Assembly (NCBI RefSeq): GCF_006345805.1
Contig: NC_042998.1
Location: forward strand, 11,470,001 to 11,534,000
Origin: Octopus sinensis
Taxonomy: Eukaryota
Length of the DNA stretch: 64,000 nt
Direction: 5' to 3'
Below the pieces are notes generated by a model. It saw only the letters and a list, made by a program, of their open reading frames with translations, did no database searches and was not told the origin of the DNA. The translations under genes and the position numbers were made by a program. Within the stretch, counting starts at the first letter, position 1, and each line of letters opens with the position of its first letter. This document shows, piece by piece, positions 37,331 to 50,350 of this stretch.

Positions 37331-37643
37331 AGTTTCTTACATCTCTTAAATGTCTTATTGATGCACACTGTTGTTTATATCCTCCCTAATGAGATTGATG
37401 CATTGTTCCTCATTATTCATCCTCTAGTATTTACTTTAATGCATCCATCGAAACATATGTTGGTGATATGGTGATATAAATGATTTAACTAACATCTTGA
37501 ACGTTTGTCTCCCATTTTCCATTATTCATATGTTTTCCAAAACACGTCTCGCTTCTTAACTCACATGCAAGTGTGATCTCTAATTCCTAGGACGCTTATG
37601 CTACCTTATAATTGTTCCTCTGGATCTTTCTTATAAATTCAAC

Positions 37644-37691
<48 letters not shown>

Positions 37692-38359
37692 CAGGTATAC
37701 ATACATGGTGAACCAGAATTTATGTATATATATATATATATATATAATATATATATATGCATTAAGTTACACATGGCCAAGAGCCAATATTGACCGAAGT
37801 CTCAGTTTATCTGACTCTCTTTTACTCCCTCACTCTCGCCATCACTATAAATCTACACTAACACACGTGTGTATATGAATATGCATGTGTGTGTGTGTGT
37901 GCGTACCCTCATAACTACACATATGCTCATATATATATATATATATATATACATACATACATATGCATACACCTACATATACATACACACACACACACAT
38001 ATACGCATACACATACACTACTGAAACATATTTTTCAGTCTGTATGCACTCGTTCCACCTTCTCTCTTCGACTAGAAAGAAAAACAGGCCAAAGCTATAA
38101 CTGCAAGTAGCCATCCTGTCAAAACTTAGCCGACAATTAGTTGTTACTTCTATTCCTGCTTAAATGATAAGAATTTCCTCGGCGCCAGCCAGATACTTAA
38201 TGATTTGACATTAGATAATGAACAATTATACATAATACATACACACACACACGCGCGCGCGCGCACTAAGATAGAAACACACGTTGAGATACATGCAAAC
38301 TCTCCCCTGTCTCTCCTCCTACGTTCTCCCCCATTCTCATCCACTTTCTTCCTTAGTAC

Positions 38360-38618
38360 TCATACATATGCAACACATACACATAACCACATTCACACAC
38401 ACACACACACACACACACAAACACTTAATGACTATATGCATACACGGGTATTTCTTTGTATCTGTCTGTGTGTCTGTCTGCATGTCTACATATGTACGCA
38501 CATGTATCTGCGAGTTTGTACAGCTATATGAGTGTACGTGTACGTGAGAACATGTGTGCGTGCGTGTGTGTGTGTGCATGTGTGTGTGTGCGTGCGTGCG
38601 TGTGTGTGTGTGTGCGTG

Positions 38619-38658
<40 letters not shown>

Positions 38659-38836
38659 CATGTGTGCGTCTGTGTGTGTGCGTGCATGTGTGTGTGTATG
38701 TGTGCGTGCGTGTGTGTGTGCGTGCGTGCGTGTGTGTGTGTGTGTGCGTGCATGTGTGTGTGTGTGCGCGTGCATGTGTGTGTGTGTGTGTGCGTGTATG
38801 TGTGTGTGTGTGTGTGGTGTGTGTGTGTGTGTGTGT
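38360..38836. repeat. (CA)n then a long (TG)n/(TGCG)n alternating purine-pyrimidine tract
   Basis: Direct inspection. Confidence 0.95.
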
Positions 38837-39170
38837 AATGCTGCTGTTGTTTCTTTTTATGTCTGTCGTAACGGCCGAATTCCTACAGTAAAAGGAATCA
38901 TGGCTTGTAGTTTTCCATGATCATACCCCGTTGTCATTCGTCCTTGAGTAAAGTACTTACACCCTATTTCCACAGCAACTAAACTGCCACCTAACAGTTG
39001 GTGTTGTGATGGTGTTCTAATTACAAAATTGTTTCTTCAGTTTGTTATTGTTGTTGTTGTTTAACCCCAAACGTATGTTAACCCTAAATTGAACAGGCCT
39101 ATTATCAAAGACGTTGTTTCAGCCGTGATCATCATATATCTTGATCTGTATTGTCAGACATATATATGCA

Positions 39171-39570
39171 ACTAGCAGTATCGCCCGGCGTTGCTCGGGT
39201 TTGTAAGGGAAATAACTATATAAGCATTTTTAGAGATGTAAAGTATAATAGCTATCTCAATATGGCTAACCACAAAGGGGGGGGGGATTACTGTAGCTTT
39301 TTACGTTCTGAGATTTAATAATAATTTTTTAGAGAGTTACTTCCCTTATATATGCCAAAAATGCATTAGAAATGGGAAAAATTGATGGTAAATTTTTTTT
39401 TAATCGTAGACTCATCGTAGACGCGCGCTAATACCCAGAAGAGCTCGATATGAATCACGACTATAAGATACCCGGTTTTTGGTTAAACTGCACCGCAAAA
39501 TGTGGGGGTAGTTAGGAATCTAAATCGTAGGAGACAGACAGCACACAACCTCACTTTTATATATAAAGAT
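39171..39570 (+). mobile_element. ~400-bp Helitron/HINE-like non-autonomous element
   Basis: 5' actagcagtatcgcccggcgttgctcggg and 3' cttttatatataaagat termini resemble Lep1/DINE-1-type elements. Confidence 0.6.
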
Positions 39571-40211
39571 ATTCAATATTTAGCATCTTCTACGGTTTTA
39601 AGACGCTAGGATACAGATGATTTGAAGGAGTTTTGGCCGTTATTTCTTGTAAATCGAGCACTATAGTCAAGTCTATAAATTGTTGTTGTTGTTGCTGCTG
39701 CTGCTGCTGCTGCTTGTGCTCCTGTTGTTTTATCTCTGCTCAGGTAGACGTATGATTAAAGGTGTTTCAACCATGACTATTCAGCATTGCTCAATGTTTC
39801 TTCCTTTTTTTTATTTTTAAACCATAAGATGTGATTTAAGAGGGAGATTTAGCTGATTCTTCAAGTAACTCATAGAAGAGGCTCTCTCGCTAGTTTCATT
39901 TTGATCGGTTCTCATGCAGACTAGTCTATGAAAGAAAACAGTGAGCTGACCAAACAGTAGAGAATTAACTATCAATTGCAGCAATTGCTCTTTTACTTGT
40001 TTCAGTCATTGGACTGCAGTCATGTTGAAGCATTGCCTTGATGTGTTTTTAGACGAACAAATCAACCCATGTTGTTATTTTTTAAAGTCTTGTACTAATT
40101 TTATTTGCATCTTTTGCCGAAACTTTAAGTTATAGGGACGCGAAAAAGGCCAATTCCACTTGTCAGTACGAAGACATACACATACACTTACACATGACAC
40201 ATGTCACACAC

Positions 40212-40242
<31 letters not shown>

Positions 40243-41024
40243 TGTATGTATGTATGTATGTATGAATGTATGTTTGTATGTGTGTATGTATGTGTGTATG
40301 TATGTATGTATGTATGTATGTATGTGTATGTATGTATGTACGTATGCATGTATGTACGTATGTATTATCGCCACTTTAAAGTGGCTGTTCTCTAAAAGAC
40401 GACGATACTGCTATTTTAACCCCAGGAAGACATCTGCGTTTTGTTTATTCAGTGCGCTTTTCGCACTCGATATTTATTGCAAGCGGAAAATAACTCCTGC
40501 CACTCTAGCTCCGAGACCACCAGACTACGTGATTTCGATCCTATTGGACTTCTTCGGTGGTAGGCACTCGTTTGCTAGGCATGGCAGTAGTTTAACATCG
40601 CTTGCAATATATAGAAAATTCAATGTCATACAATCAGTGCATAAGATATGCTTCTACACACATTTCATCGACTAAATTCGATCACTAGATATTGTATGGT
40701 GATCGAATTTAGGTTCTGCGCAGTGAGAGGGAACCTGAAACTGTGTGGTTGCAGAATGGGATTCTTATCGACACGGTCATACATATGCCCGTCGTCCCTT
40801 TCTTTTGCTAACACTTTTCAAAGTACCCCGCTCTTGGCACGATTCAGCAAAATTACATCACATACTCTCTCTTGCACAAACACACACACACAATTGGTTA
40901 CTAGCAGATTTTGAATATGTCATTTCGTCAATATATATAAACATTTCAAGCAATAATATTAAACCATAACACAAAAAAGATTGAGAATACTTATTAGGGA
41001 TATTAAAAGGCGCCTTTAAATACC

Positions 41025-41434
41025 TATTTCTTTATTACCCACAAGGGGCTAAACATAGAGGGGACAAACAAGGACAGACATAGGTATTAAGTCGATTACA
41101 TCGACCCCAGTGCGTAACTGGTACTTAATTTATCGACCTCGAAAGGATGAAAGGCAAAGTCAACCTCTGCGGAATTTGAACTCACAACGTAACGACAAGC
41201 GAAATACCTATTTCTTTATTACCCACAAGGGGCTAAACACAGAGGGGACAAACAAGGACAGACATAGGTATTAAGTCGATTACATCGACCCCAGTGCGTA
41301 ACTGGTACTTAATTTATCGACCCCGAAAGGATGAAAGGCAAAGTCGACCTCGGCGGAATTTGAACTCACAACGTAACGCAGATGAAATACCGCTAAGCAT
41401 TCCGCCCTGCGTGCTAACGTTTCTGCCAGCTCGC
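41025..41434 (-). mobile_element. SINE family B head-to-tail partial dimer with 14-bp TSD
   Basis: TSD cgcctttaaatacc at 41011-41024 and 41435-41448; internal junction at aaatacc 41202-41208. Confidence 0.92.
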
Positions 41435-41821
41435 CGCCTTTAAATACCGCTTGATCCCTCCATTTCCTTTGTCTTCCAGTATTGTTATGCACTTAGTATT
41501 ATGCATGAGTGTGGTCAGTTGGCACAATCAGTATGATACCATACTATCTTACAATCAGAAGACTACTACATTAAATATCTTATAATATTAATAACCGGGT
41601 AGAAATTACACCAAAGTCGACATTTCCTGTTTGGAATCATTTAATATAGTTAGCAATGTACTTCCACCTCTCCACCTGCTGACCTCACTTACATGTGCAT
41701 TAAGTACATTAAGTACTTTAAGGCTCCCAAAACCTGTTGGCTTCAGGCCTCTCTAGTGAATTGTCTCTCTAGAATATGGAGGAGGAAATGTGTAGCAAAG
41801 TCATATAAAGTATATAGATAG

Positions 41822-41983
41822 ACTAGTCTAGCTAGAGTGTATGCTTCCTGGGGCGGCCCTTCCATTTGCTGCCCTCGGACCCCACAAAACACGCACATTG
41901 CCTACAGCAAGCCCAAAAGTTCCGCCCCTTTAAAAGTGCTGCCCGGAGCGGACCGGCCCTACCACCCACCCCTAGCTACACTA

Positions 41984-41985
<2 letters not shown>
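41822..41985. mobile_element. Small GC-rich MITE-like element
   Basis: Imperfect TIR actagtctagctag / ctagctacactagt. Confidence 0.5.
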
Positions 41986-42020
<35 letters not shown>

Positions 42021-42036
42021 CAAAATTATAAGACAA

Positions 42037-42077
<41 letters not shown>

Positions 42078-42207
42078 ATCACACATAATCCAAATAATAA
42101 GAAAACAAAGAAAATATATATATATATACATACATGATCCAAATAACAATAAGACAAGAAATATGTGTGTGTGTGCGTGTGTGTATGTGAGTGCGCGCAC
42201 GTGTGTA

Positions 42208-42576
42208 GGAAATAGTGGCCCACCAAGGCACCAATGTTTGATGGAAATAGTTGATAACCGTACAATGTTATGTAAAGCGGATAAATGGACAACCTAGAAT
42301 GTATAAACTAGAACTTGAGTTTCGGACTTGCTGAAGACTAGAAAAATTTACGCTAACAAACGTATTCTGGAAAGTCCGAAACTCCAGTACCAGGTTATCC
42401 ATTCTAGATTGTCCATTCATCCAGCGTTCTTCCTAGAGATAAGACGAACATTTTTTTATGTTCGCCGCCCGCACACAATTTTACCTGCATATGTTCGCTG
42501 AAGCTTTATATAGCGTCGTCCGGTTATCCACTACTATTTCCAGCAAACATTGGTGCCTTAGTGTGCCACTATTTCC
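42208..42576. mobile_element. 369-bp MITE with ~55-60-bp imperfect TIRs and TA flanks
   Basis: TA|ggaaatagtggcccaccaaggcaccaatgtttg... and ...caaacattggtgccttagtgtgccactatttcc|TA. Confidence 0.75.
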
Positions 42577-42934
42577 TATTTATAATTGTACCTTTTCGGT
42601 GCTTTATTTAACTGGAAAATAATACTCTTGTATTGCAAAGATATTTATCATTTATATTTATATACACATACATATATGTGGGGTGGGGGTCGAGGTCCTT
42701 GTGGACCGCGAACCCACAAGAGTAAAAAAGAGAGACAGAGACAGGCAGAAACAAGGAAAATGTCACTTGTATTTGAACAGTATGCAAATATTCTTAAAAA
42801 AAAACTTTTCTTTTAATTTTTCCAAAATTTAATTGTTTTCCTTACTTACAGTTGAAAAAGTCTCAATGACTGAAACCGGTACTGAAATGTTTTTTATAAA
42901 ATTATTTTACCATTTTCTATCGTTACTTTTTCTT

Positions 42935-42991
<57 letters not shown>

Positions 42992-43104
42992 AATATATAT
43001 ATATATATATACGTATGTATGTATATATATATATATATATAATATACATATATACATACATACATACATACATACATACATACATACATACATACATACA
43101 CATA

Positions 43105-44361
43105 ATTGCAGGAAGTAGACACCTTTAATTTTCAAAATCCTTTATTTAATACGCAAAACGTAATCGATAGGTAGGACTACATACTTTAGTATTTAGTTGA
43201 CATTCCCTTTGCAGTTTTTAATTCAGAAACTCTTTTTGGCATTGGACTGATGAGCTTTGTGATTATCTCTTATGGAATTTCTGCCCACTTTTCACGCAAC
43301 AATCGAAACAATTCATCTTTATATTTAGGTTTCTGTCGAGTTTTTCGCATAGTATGCTCCAAAGATTTTCAATTGGGTTCATGTCAGGAGAATGGCTCGG
43401 CCAAAGAAGCTTTTTGATCCCATTTTCAGTCAGCCATTCTTGATTTCTTTTCGCTGTGTGGCACTGAGCCCCATCTTCCATGAATAAAAACTCATTTTTC
43501 GTTATGTAATCGTGTGAATACATCGTAAGTAGTCCTTGCTTGAGTATTTCGATGTATTTTTCAGAGTTTATGGTTCCAGCACATTCGATCAGCTCTGAAC
43601 AACCATTGCTGGTGACAGCTCCCTATACCATTAAAGAGATACCGCCATATTTCACAGTTGGTTGGAGTCGTTTCAAATAAAATTCTTGATTGGAAAGCCT
43701 CCAGACCCAAACACGTCCACTGTCTGAAAATAATGCAAATCTGGATTCACCTGAGAAAATCACTATCCCAAAATGAACTGGATTTTTCTGACATCGCCTT
43801 AGCCCATTTCTTTCTTTTCATGATATTAATTAGTTGAAGGAGAGGTTTTCTTCTAGCTGCTCGTCCATAATATCCAAGCTTATGCATATGTGTAACGCAC
43901 ATTCTTGGGCTAACTTCTAGCTGTTTTGTAATGTCAGAAACCTTCGAACGGGGCTCGTTTTCCACAATTCTCTTCAAAAAGCGAGAGCCCAGGTCGGCCG
44001 AGACGAGAATCTGTTGATTCTTTTCCTTGGCTTTTGAATTGCACTATAATTCTATTAACAGTAGCAAGAGGAAATTGAAGATCTTCGGTAATTTTTCGCT
44101 GGCTAAGACCAGCCTCAGATTGCCCAACAATACGACCTCTTTGAAAATCTGACAGTTCTACTGAATTGTTTTGTGCGTAGCATGATTACTTTTCGCAAAT
44201 GTTTAATATAATGAATGAGGGCGTTTGATTCCGCTACCCTCGTCTGTACCTTATGTCTGGCTGTTGGTTCATCCGGTATTGTGGAGAGGAGGATGACAGT
44301 TCCTTTTGAAGACATCTGCTTCCACTTTATGCAGATTTTTTAATTTTTGTGGCAGGGCACT
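43105..44361 (-). mobile_element. Tc1-like (DD34E) transposon, near full length, decayed
   Basis: [15 protein letters not shown] start, LGYYGRAARRKPLL, FMEDGAQCHTA, WPSHSPDMNPIENLW; CAGTG-type terminus at the right end. Confidence 0.9.
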
Positions 44362-44510
44362 GAAGAGCTAGGAGTCTATGAACCCTCGAAACGTTAAATC
44401 CTCTTTATTTTCCTTCCTTTCCTGAGCGTCCAATAACACTGTACTTATTCCACGTCCTCGCGTTATTGTTTTTTCTTGCTTGTTCATGTTTGGATTGACT
44501 ATATATATAC
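44362..44510 (+). mobile_element. Penelope-terminus-like unit with a hammerhead remnant
   Basis: gaagagct...ctcgaaacgtta followed by sequence homologous to 2345-2430 (reverse complement), ending at a (TA)/(TACA)n array. Confidence 0.55.
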
Positions 44511-44555
44511 ATACATACATACATACATACATACATACATAATACATACATACAT

Positions 44556-44590
<35 letters not shown>

Positions 44591-44776
44591 CGTAAAATAT
44601 ATATATTGCATAATCCAAATAATAAGAAGACAAAGACGCCTTGCATGTACTAGTCCAATGGATCGAGTTCTGGAGAATTAGGAGGCCAAATGTTAGGAGT
44701 TATCTGATAGACATACTAGAATGTCTACCAGCTGATGTATGTCGTTTTTGTATCCTCTCTATTTTCTTATTTGTCG

Positions 44777-44808
<32 letters not shown>

Positions 44809-44871
44809 ATATGTGTGTGTGTGGTGTGTGTGTGTGTGTGTATACATATATATACATACATAATCCAAATA

Positions 44872-44946
<75 letters not shown>

Positions 44947-44949
44947 CTA

Positions 44950-45520
44950 CAGGGTTCATAAGAAATTTGAGGACAGATTTATGTTTCTAAAAAAAAAAGA
45001 CAGATATATATAATAACATATAACTTTATCAAAAAATGCTGAGGATAAAAATAAAAATTATTTTCTATATTGTTGTTCAATAAAGTCACCTTCAGCTTCA
45101 ACAACTGCTTCTATATGGGATCTAAATCATCTACATGCTCGAATTAAGTGGTCCTGGTTCATTTTGGATACTATTCTAACTATGGCCGCTTCCAAAGAAT
45201 CTTTGATGTTATGGGCGTATTCATTGACCTCTCTTTCAAAACCGCTTTGCATGTAGTAGTCCAGTGGATTGAGATCTGTGGAATTAGGAGGCCATATGTT
45301 AGGGGTTATGTGATCATGAAAATTTTCAGCCATCCATTCCTGTGTTATTAGAGCCATGTTTGATAGTGCAGTCTTGCTGTTCCATTGCATACACTGTCTA
45401 TCCAGGGCTTGAGAGTTATTGCCAGGACCTCAATGTAGGCGGCAGAATTAACTCTAAGGCCTCGTGAAAAGAAGTAACATTAATGGGTTCTCAGATGTTA
45501 TACTGTCTTATAAACACAGG
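44950..45520 (-). mobile_element. maT/DD37D-like Tc1/mariner transposon, 3' fragment
   Basis: WPPNSTDLNPLDYY, SLEAAIVR, LIRACR motifs; TA|CAGGGT terminus. Confidence 0.8.
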
Positions 45521-45694
45521 TTTACTCATCATTCGCTCATTTTATTAAATCTATGTAATCCCATAACTATAAGTATCCTTAACTAAAATTAACCTTGAGG
45601 TACGATAAGGTCTGCCTAGTAACTTACCACCTCAACTAATACCACCCTTCTTATTAAACTATTTATTCTCATTGTTACTCTCTCTCTTTTTTAG

Positions 45695-45908
45695 TCTTTT
45701 ACTTGTTTCAGTCATTTGACTGCGGCCATGCTGGAGCACCGCCTTTAATCGAGCAACTCGACCCCGGGACTTATTCTTTTGTGAGCCCAGTACTTATTCT
45801 ATCGGTCTCATTTGCCGAACCGCTAAGTAACGGGGACATAAAATAAACACACCAGCATCTGTTATCAAGCAATGCTAGGGGGACAACACAGACACACAAA
45901 CACACACA

Positions 45909-45952
<44 letters not shown>

Positions 45953-46124
45953 ATATATACGACGGGCATCTTTCAGTTTCCGTCTACCAAATCCACTCAC
46001 AAGGCTTTGGTCGGCCCGAGGCTATAGTAGAAGACACTTGCCCAAGGTGCCACGCAGCGGGACTGAACCCGGAACCATGTGGTTTGTAAGCAAGCTACTT
46101 ACCACACAGCCACTCCTGCGCCTA
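45695..46124 (-). mobile_element. SINE family A
   Basis: Full-length reverse-complement match. Confidence 0.92.
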
Positions 46125-46744
46125 TTACCTTTGGAAATTCCTCTAACTCACTACATCCCACCCCTTCAAAGCCTCGCCACCTTTACAAGTGATATTCTTT
46201 CCTTTCTCTCATTTCTCTTCTTCAACCAAAAGTACTTAATCCTATTCCAATCATTTCGACACTAACCTGTCAACCCCTCCCCTTCTCTATTCACCTCCCT
46301 CTATTCAATTTCATATAACTCTGCATACTTCAGAGTTCCCCTTCCAATACCAAACCACGTTCATTATTCCACTAACCACGGTTATCTTGACCACCAACTC
46401 ACCCCTACACGCGCATACACTCTGTCCACCCCTCCATCTTCTCTCATACCTTTTTACATACCTTAGTAATCTCCCTCTGCCACTAAACTAGACACTTTCA
46501 AATAACTGCCATTCCTTTTCTCACTATCTCAACTTCCAATAATTCTATAGCTATTATTCCTAAACTTTAACAAACCCAACACAATAGACGGCCATTCAAA
46601 TATCTACCCTACCCTCCTATTCATTTTCCTACTCTCCACTTCTACTATTCCATCCCTCAGTACCGTGATTATTAGCCCCCCCCCCCTCCACTATTTCCTG
46701 TCTTCATACTCCCCAGTCCCCCCTCTTATACAGCTAGCTCTCCT

Positions 46745-47000
46745 CATTTAAGCATTCCATCTTTGAATTTCTCTGAATTAAGATCTGAAATGTAGGATTT
46801 TCTCTACCATGATGACGGAGGCACGACTCATCTAATGTTAATTGCAGCCATACGATAGCATATAGAGATGTACTAAATCTACCAACATTATCATAGATCG
46901 TCGAGCCCCCAGAAACAGCTGTTGGGCTTATAACACCTTCCTTCCACCCCTTTCATTTTCTCTGTTGTTTGTACTCCATGTAAGTTGTACCTATTAATAT
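46745..47000 (+). repeat. Dispersed repeat (paralog of 5620-5850) with degenerate hammerhead-like motifs
   Basis: ATGATGA 46809-46815 ... GAAACAGCTGT 46912-46922. Confidence 0.6.
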
Positions 47001-47039
47001 AAATATCAATATATTTATACACAAAAATTCATCTGAAAG

Positions 47040-47715
47040 TTTCCACCCTTTGCTTCTTCTCATTTTTCATATAAGAACTTTCCGGTCCAGAGAACAAGGT
47101 GTCATCATACCACTTTTTTCCTCCTTTGTACGGCCACACCTTGAATACTGCTGCCCACTGTGGTCTCCTCACACAAGACAAAACATCTCCAGAATTGAGT
47201 CACCCCAGAGGGCACTCACTAAACGAATTGAAGGCATGGCTGCTCTCGATTATTGGGATCGCCTTAAAGCCTTGAAACTTTACTCCCTCCAGCGTCGCCG
47301 TGAGCGGTACATCATTTGTACGATGTGGAAAATATACCGCCAACTTTTCCCAAACGACCTAAACATTAGCTTCAAGGTTCATCCAAGACTTGGACCACGG
47401 GCTATACGTCCCCTGCCCAATTCAAGATCACAACATACATGTACACTGCAACATAATTTCTTTTCCTCAACAGGCCTTGCCCTATTTAACATTGTCCCGA
47501 GAGAGATCAAAGAGGAAAAGGATCCCATCAACTTTAAACAGAGTCTGGATAGATTCCTTCAAAGAATACCAGATAAGCCACCCATAATTGGATACAACTC
47601 ACTACTTGAACAAAACTTGACTTAAACAGGATTCGAATAATCCTATCAGGTGGTGCTATTAAGTTAGACATGGCCTGGACCAATCTTTGATCGAAGCATA
47701 TCTAAGTTTTATCTA
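47040..47715 (+). mobile_element. CR1-clade LINE 3' end
   Basis: ORF 47050-47625: FVRPHLEYCCPLWSP, ESPQRALTKRI, LKLYSLQRRRERY, FKQSLDRFL. Confidence 0.9.
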
Positions 47716-47884
47716 AGTTTTATATATATATATATATTATATATATTATATATATATATATATATGCATGCATACATGCATGCATGCATGCATGCATACA
47801 TACATACATACATACATACATACATACATACATACATACATACATACATACATAATACATACATACATACAAGCATGCATATAA

Positions 47885-47958
<74 letters not shown>

Positions 47959-48746
47959 ATATATTATATATATATATATTGCATTTGATGTTTGATATAT
48001 TTAATATATCTGATGTGTTTAATTTGTTTTCCGCATAATCGCTTACGAAACTTCGGAGTCATAGTCGATAATATTCTTGTTTAGAAATAATAATTTGTAC
48101 TCTAGAAACGTACAGAATAACCGTTTAGATTAATGTAAAATTGATTTTATTATAAATGAACATAAAAACAAACATTAATGTGTGCGCGCGTGGGCGTAGC
48201 TAGGTATACATTTGTTTGTGTGCATGTATATATATATATATATAAGTCAGGTCACTTATGAGGCTCTCATAAGTGCTACTGGTAACATTAATCCAGTAAA
48301 ACCTGTTGCATGGTCGGGTTGCCGGCGACTAAACTGGCACCCCCACCAGGCTAATCTGGTTATGAGGGGTTATATGTCGTGCGTAATTCTACGGTCTCTT
48401 ATCAAAACACAAGGGCTATTTTCAGGATGTTGACAAAATGTACAGTCGCGCACAAAATGACACCTTCGAAATTGTGTTTCTTGACTGGGTGAAAATGATC
48501 AAACTTTAAATCTCTATAACTTTTTTAAAACATTTTTCTACAAAAAACTGAAACTCCAACAATTTAGCATGGAAAGGTACATTAATGTGCCAAATTAAAA
48601 AAATTTCGATAAACTTTAATTTTTGAAATGCTGGCAGCCAAACGAACTAGATCCGTATTTGCTCCAGTAAAGACGTGTCACCTGACTCTGCTCTATCAAC
48701 TTCTCTTTAGGAATGCCAGACTACCTTTCTGACGCCGTCCGTAGAA

Positions 48747-50350
48747 ATGCGTTTTCACTTTTTCATTTTACTGATGCCTCCAGTCAATAAAATTTGTCGA
48801 CAATACAGTAGTGATTACTTATCATTTGTATTTATTCCCACTCCTCATAACTGTCAGTTACTAATATACCTTCATTACCATCAAACATTGACCAACGAAG
48901 CAATGAAATCCTCACGCTTGAAGTATAACTTTGATGCAAAGCATTCTGACAAGAAGCACAAGCCGTTGTCATACTTTTTGCTACTGAGCGCCTCTTTCAA
49001 AAAGCAAACACAAACATTCAACATGCTACTCCAGAAAACTAGTAAACAGGAGAATGATGGTTTGATTGCATCGTACAACATTGCGTTACTTGTTGCTAAG
49101 TCTGGGAAGTCTCACACAATTGGAGAAACATTACTTCACCCGGCTATTGAAGCGGTTTTGTCAACCGTTACGCCCGAAAAACCCGATAACATGAAGATCC
49201 CACTTAGTAATAACACGATTTCTCGGCGCATCGATGAAACGGCCAACGATGTCAAACATCAGCTCATTAATATTCTCCAGCGTTCTGAATTTTCTATACA
49301 AGTGGATGAGTCAACTGTTGCGGTCAATCAATGTTTGATGATGGTATATGTCTGGTATTTCCTTGTTAGGAAATACTATTCACAGAGAAATCGCCGCTTG
49401 ATTCAAAAGGTGCAATTATTTTTCACATTCTCAAGTCTTTCCTTTTTGAACGTAGTATCCCACTGAGTAATATTCTTGCCTGTAAGTCTGATGGAGCCCC
49501 TTCGATGATAGGACGATACAGAGGCTTTTCATCTCTCCTAAAGCGTGAAATTTCTCACCAGGTACTAACTGTTCTTTGCTTGGCACACCGGCAGCATTTA
49601 GTGGCAAAAAATATGAACGATAGATTGAATGATGCGCTAGTTAATTATTAAAACTGTGAAAAAATTGAAATTCAGTCCCTTGTCAGATTGAATTTTCCAT
49701 CAACTCTGTTTAAGAAATGATGAGGACTATACTAAACTCTTATACCATACCGAAGTGCAGTGGCTATCAAAAGGAAACTGTATTTTACGCTTTGTTGAAC
49801 TATTACTAACTTCATTTCCAAATTGGTGCTGTATAAGACTAAGATTTCAAAACGCCAGTTTCCTCAATTTCCACAACTTGATTCTTTGAAAGATGAATTG
49901 GTTGATAGGATTTAACTACATATCGGTAATATGGCATGGTGGAGCGATTTCAAGATGTTTATTGCGCTGAATATTCCAAAGTGGTATAGCAATACGTTTG
50001 AGGTCGATGTAGTTGATTGCGAGGACGATGTTCATGAGGAATTGATAGAATTACAAAATGGCAATGACGCCATAATGCGATATCGCCGTAAAGGCAAAGA
50101 AGGTTTGTGGCACCATCAAAGTATATTGAACTCCTACCCCAATTTGTGGAAACGTCTGATATTGCTGTTGCTTGCCTTCCCTACCTCGTACCTGGTTGAA
50201 TCTGGTTTTAGCCATGCTGGAACTTTAATTTTCTATAAAAGAATTGGACTGGATGTAACACAACGAGGAGACTTGCGGCTAAAGTTGACAAGTTTGAAAT
50301 CGAATGTATCTGCACTAGCTGCATTACACCAGACACATAGTTCTCATTAA
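48747..50350 (+). mobile_element. hAT (Buster/Charlie-like) transposase relic
   Basis: ASYNIALLVAKSGKSHTIGETL, IPLSNNTISRRI, FSIQVDEST, FPTSYLVESGFS, RGDLRLKLT; frameshifted; TIRs not identified. Confidence 0.9.

Noticed and set aside
48253-48275. 10-bp perfect hairpin cacttatgag-gct-ctcataagtg
   Set aside because: Isolated and short enough to arise by chance or template switch in 64 kb; no supporting context
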